A stretch of DNA of 62,846 nucleotides, the filler included, from Chiloscyllium plagiosum (Eukaryota), in assembly GCF_004010195.1 (NCBI RefSeq). It is 4 parts of one record of this genome, joined end to end, with 100 filler letters (N's around TTAATTAATTAA, not from the genome) between each part and the next. Parts side by side here need not be neighbours in the genome. Positions count along the whole stretch, not along the records: positions 51,091 to 62,846 come from NC_057712.1; 3 more parts are not named here. One strand, given 5' to 3'. This document shows positions 62,533-62,846 of this stretch, one piece after another. The notes beneath the pieces are model-generated. The model searched no databases. It saw nothing but the letters and a program-made list of their open reading frames with translations, and was not told where the DNA came from. The position numbers and the translations under genes are program-made. Position 1 is the first letter of the stretch. Each line of letters opens with the position of its first letter.

Positions 62533-62846
62533 AATGTAGATTGTCCGACCAGAGGGGAGGCCATATTGGATTTGGTACTCAGTAATGAACCGGGACAAGT
62601 GATGTGCTTGTTAGTGGGTGAACATTTTGGTGATGGTGACCACAATTCTGTGACTTTCACCTTGGTTATGGAGAGAGATAGGTGCGTGCAACAGGGTAGG
62701 TTTTACAATTGGGGGAAGGGTAATTACGATGCTGTAAGACAGGATCTGAGGAGCATAAGTTGGGAGCATAGGCTGTCAGGGAAGGATGTCGTGGAAATGT
62801 GGGACTTTTTCAAGGAACAGATACGACGTGTCCTTGATATGTATGT
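62533..62846 (+). mobile_element. CR1 ORF2 endonuclease end, continuing out of the window
   Basis: VDCPTRGEAILDLVLSNEPGQV...VGEHFGDGDHNSVTF...YNWGKGNY, open frame. Confidence 0.9.

Overview
Vertebrate (non-prokaryotic) genomic DNA, AT-rich and dominated by decayed retroelements. The repeat content (V-SINE/HE1-type SINEs, several CR1 families, Penelope-like elements, Tx1, RTE, Harbinger-type remnants) points to a cartilaginous fish, probably a shark (inference). The window spans four contigs joined by artificial 100-nt spacers (44N-TTAATTAATTAA-44N), plus one ordinary N gap. I can support only two host coding exons: an internal NT5DC1 exon (+, 3042-3160) and an internal exon of a cytosolic sulfotransferase (SULT3/SULT2-like; -, 41099-41298). 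I could not find their neighbouring exons. A CpG-rich promoter-like stretch lies at about 32.7-33.55 kb. The most interesting non-genic signals are: (1) minimal hammerhead-ribozyme cores in two Penelope-like families, mostly in short fold-back, TSD-flanked insertions; (2) A-tailed insertions, one clearly Tx1-like, at what looks like the same TATA-position site of two related LTRs, hinting at an LTR-targeting non-LTR element; (3) a 27-bp hairpin minisatellite inside a recurrent TIR element; (4) a tRNA-Lys(UUU)-headed short retroposon. I found no convincing new multi-gene system. Repeat boundaries are by eye and approximate, and family names come from recalled motifs, not database searches.
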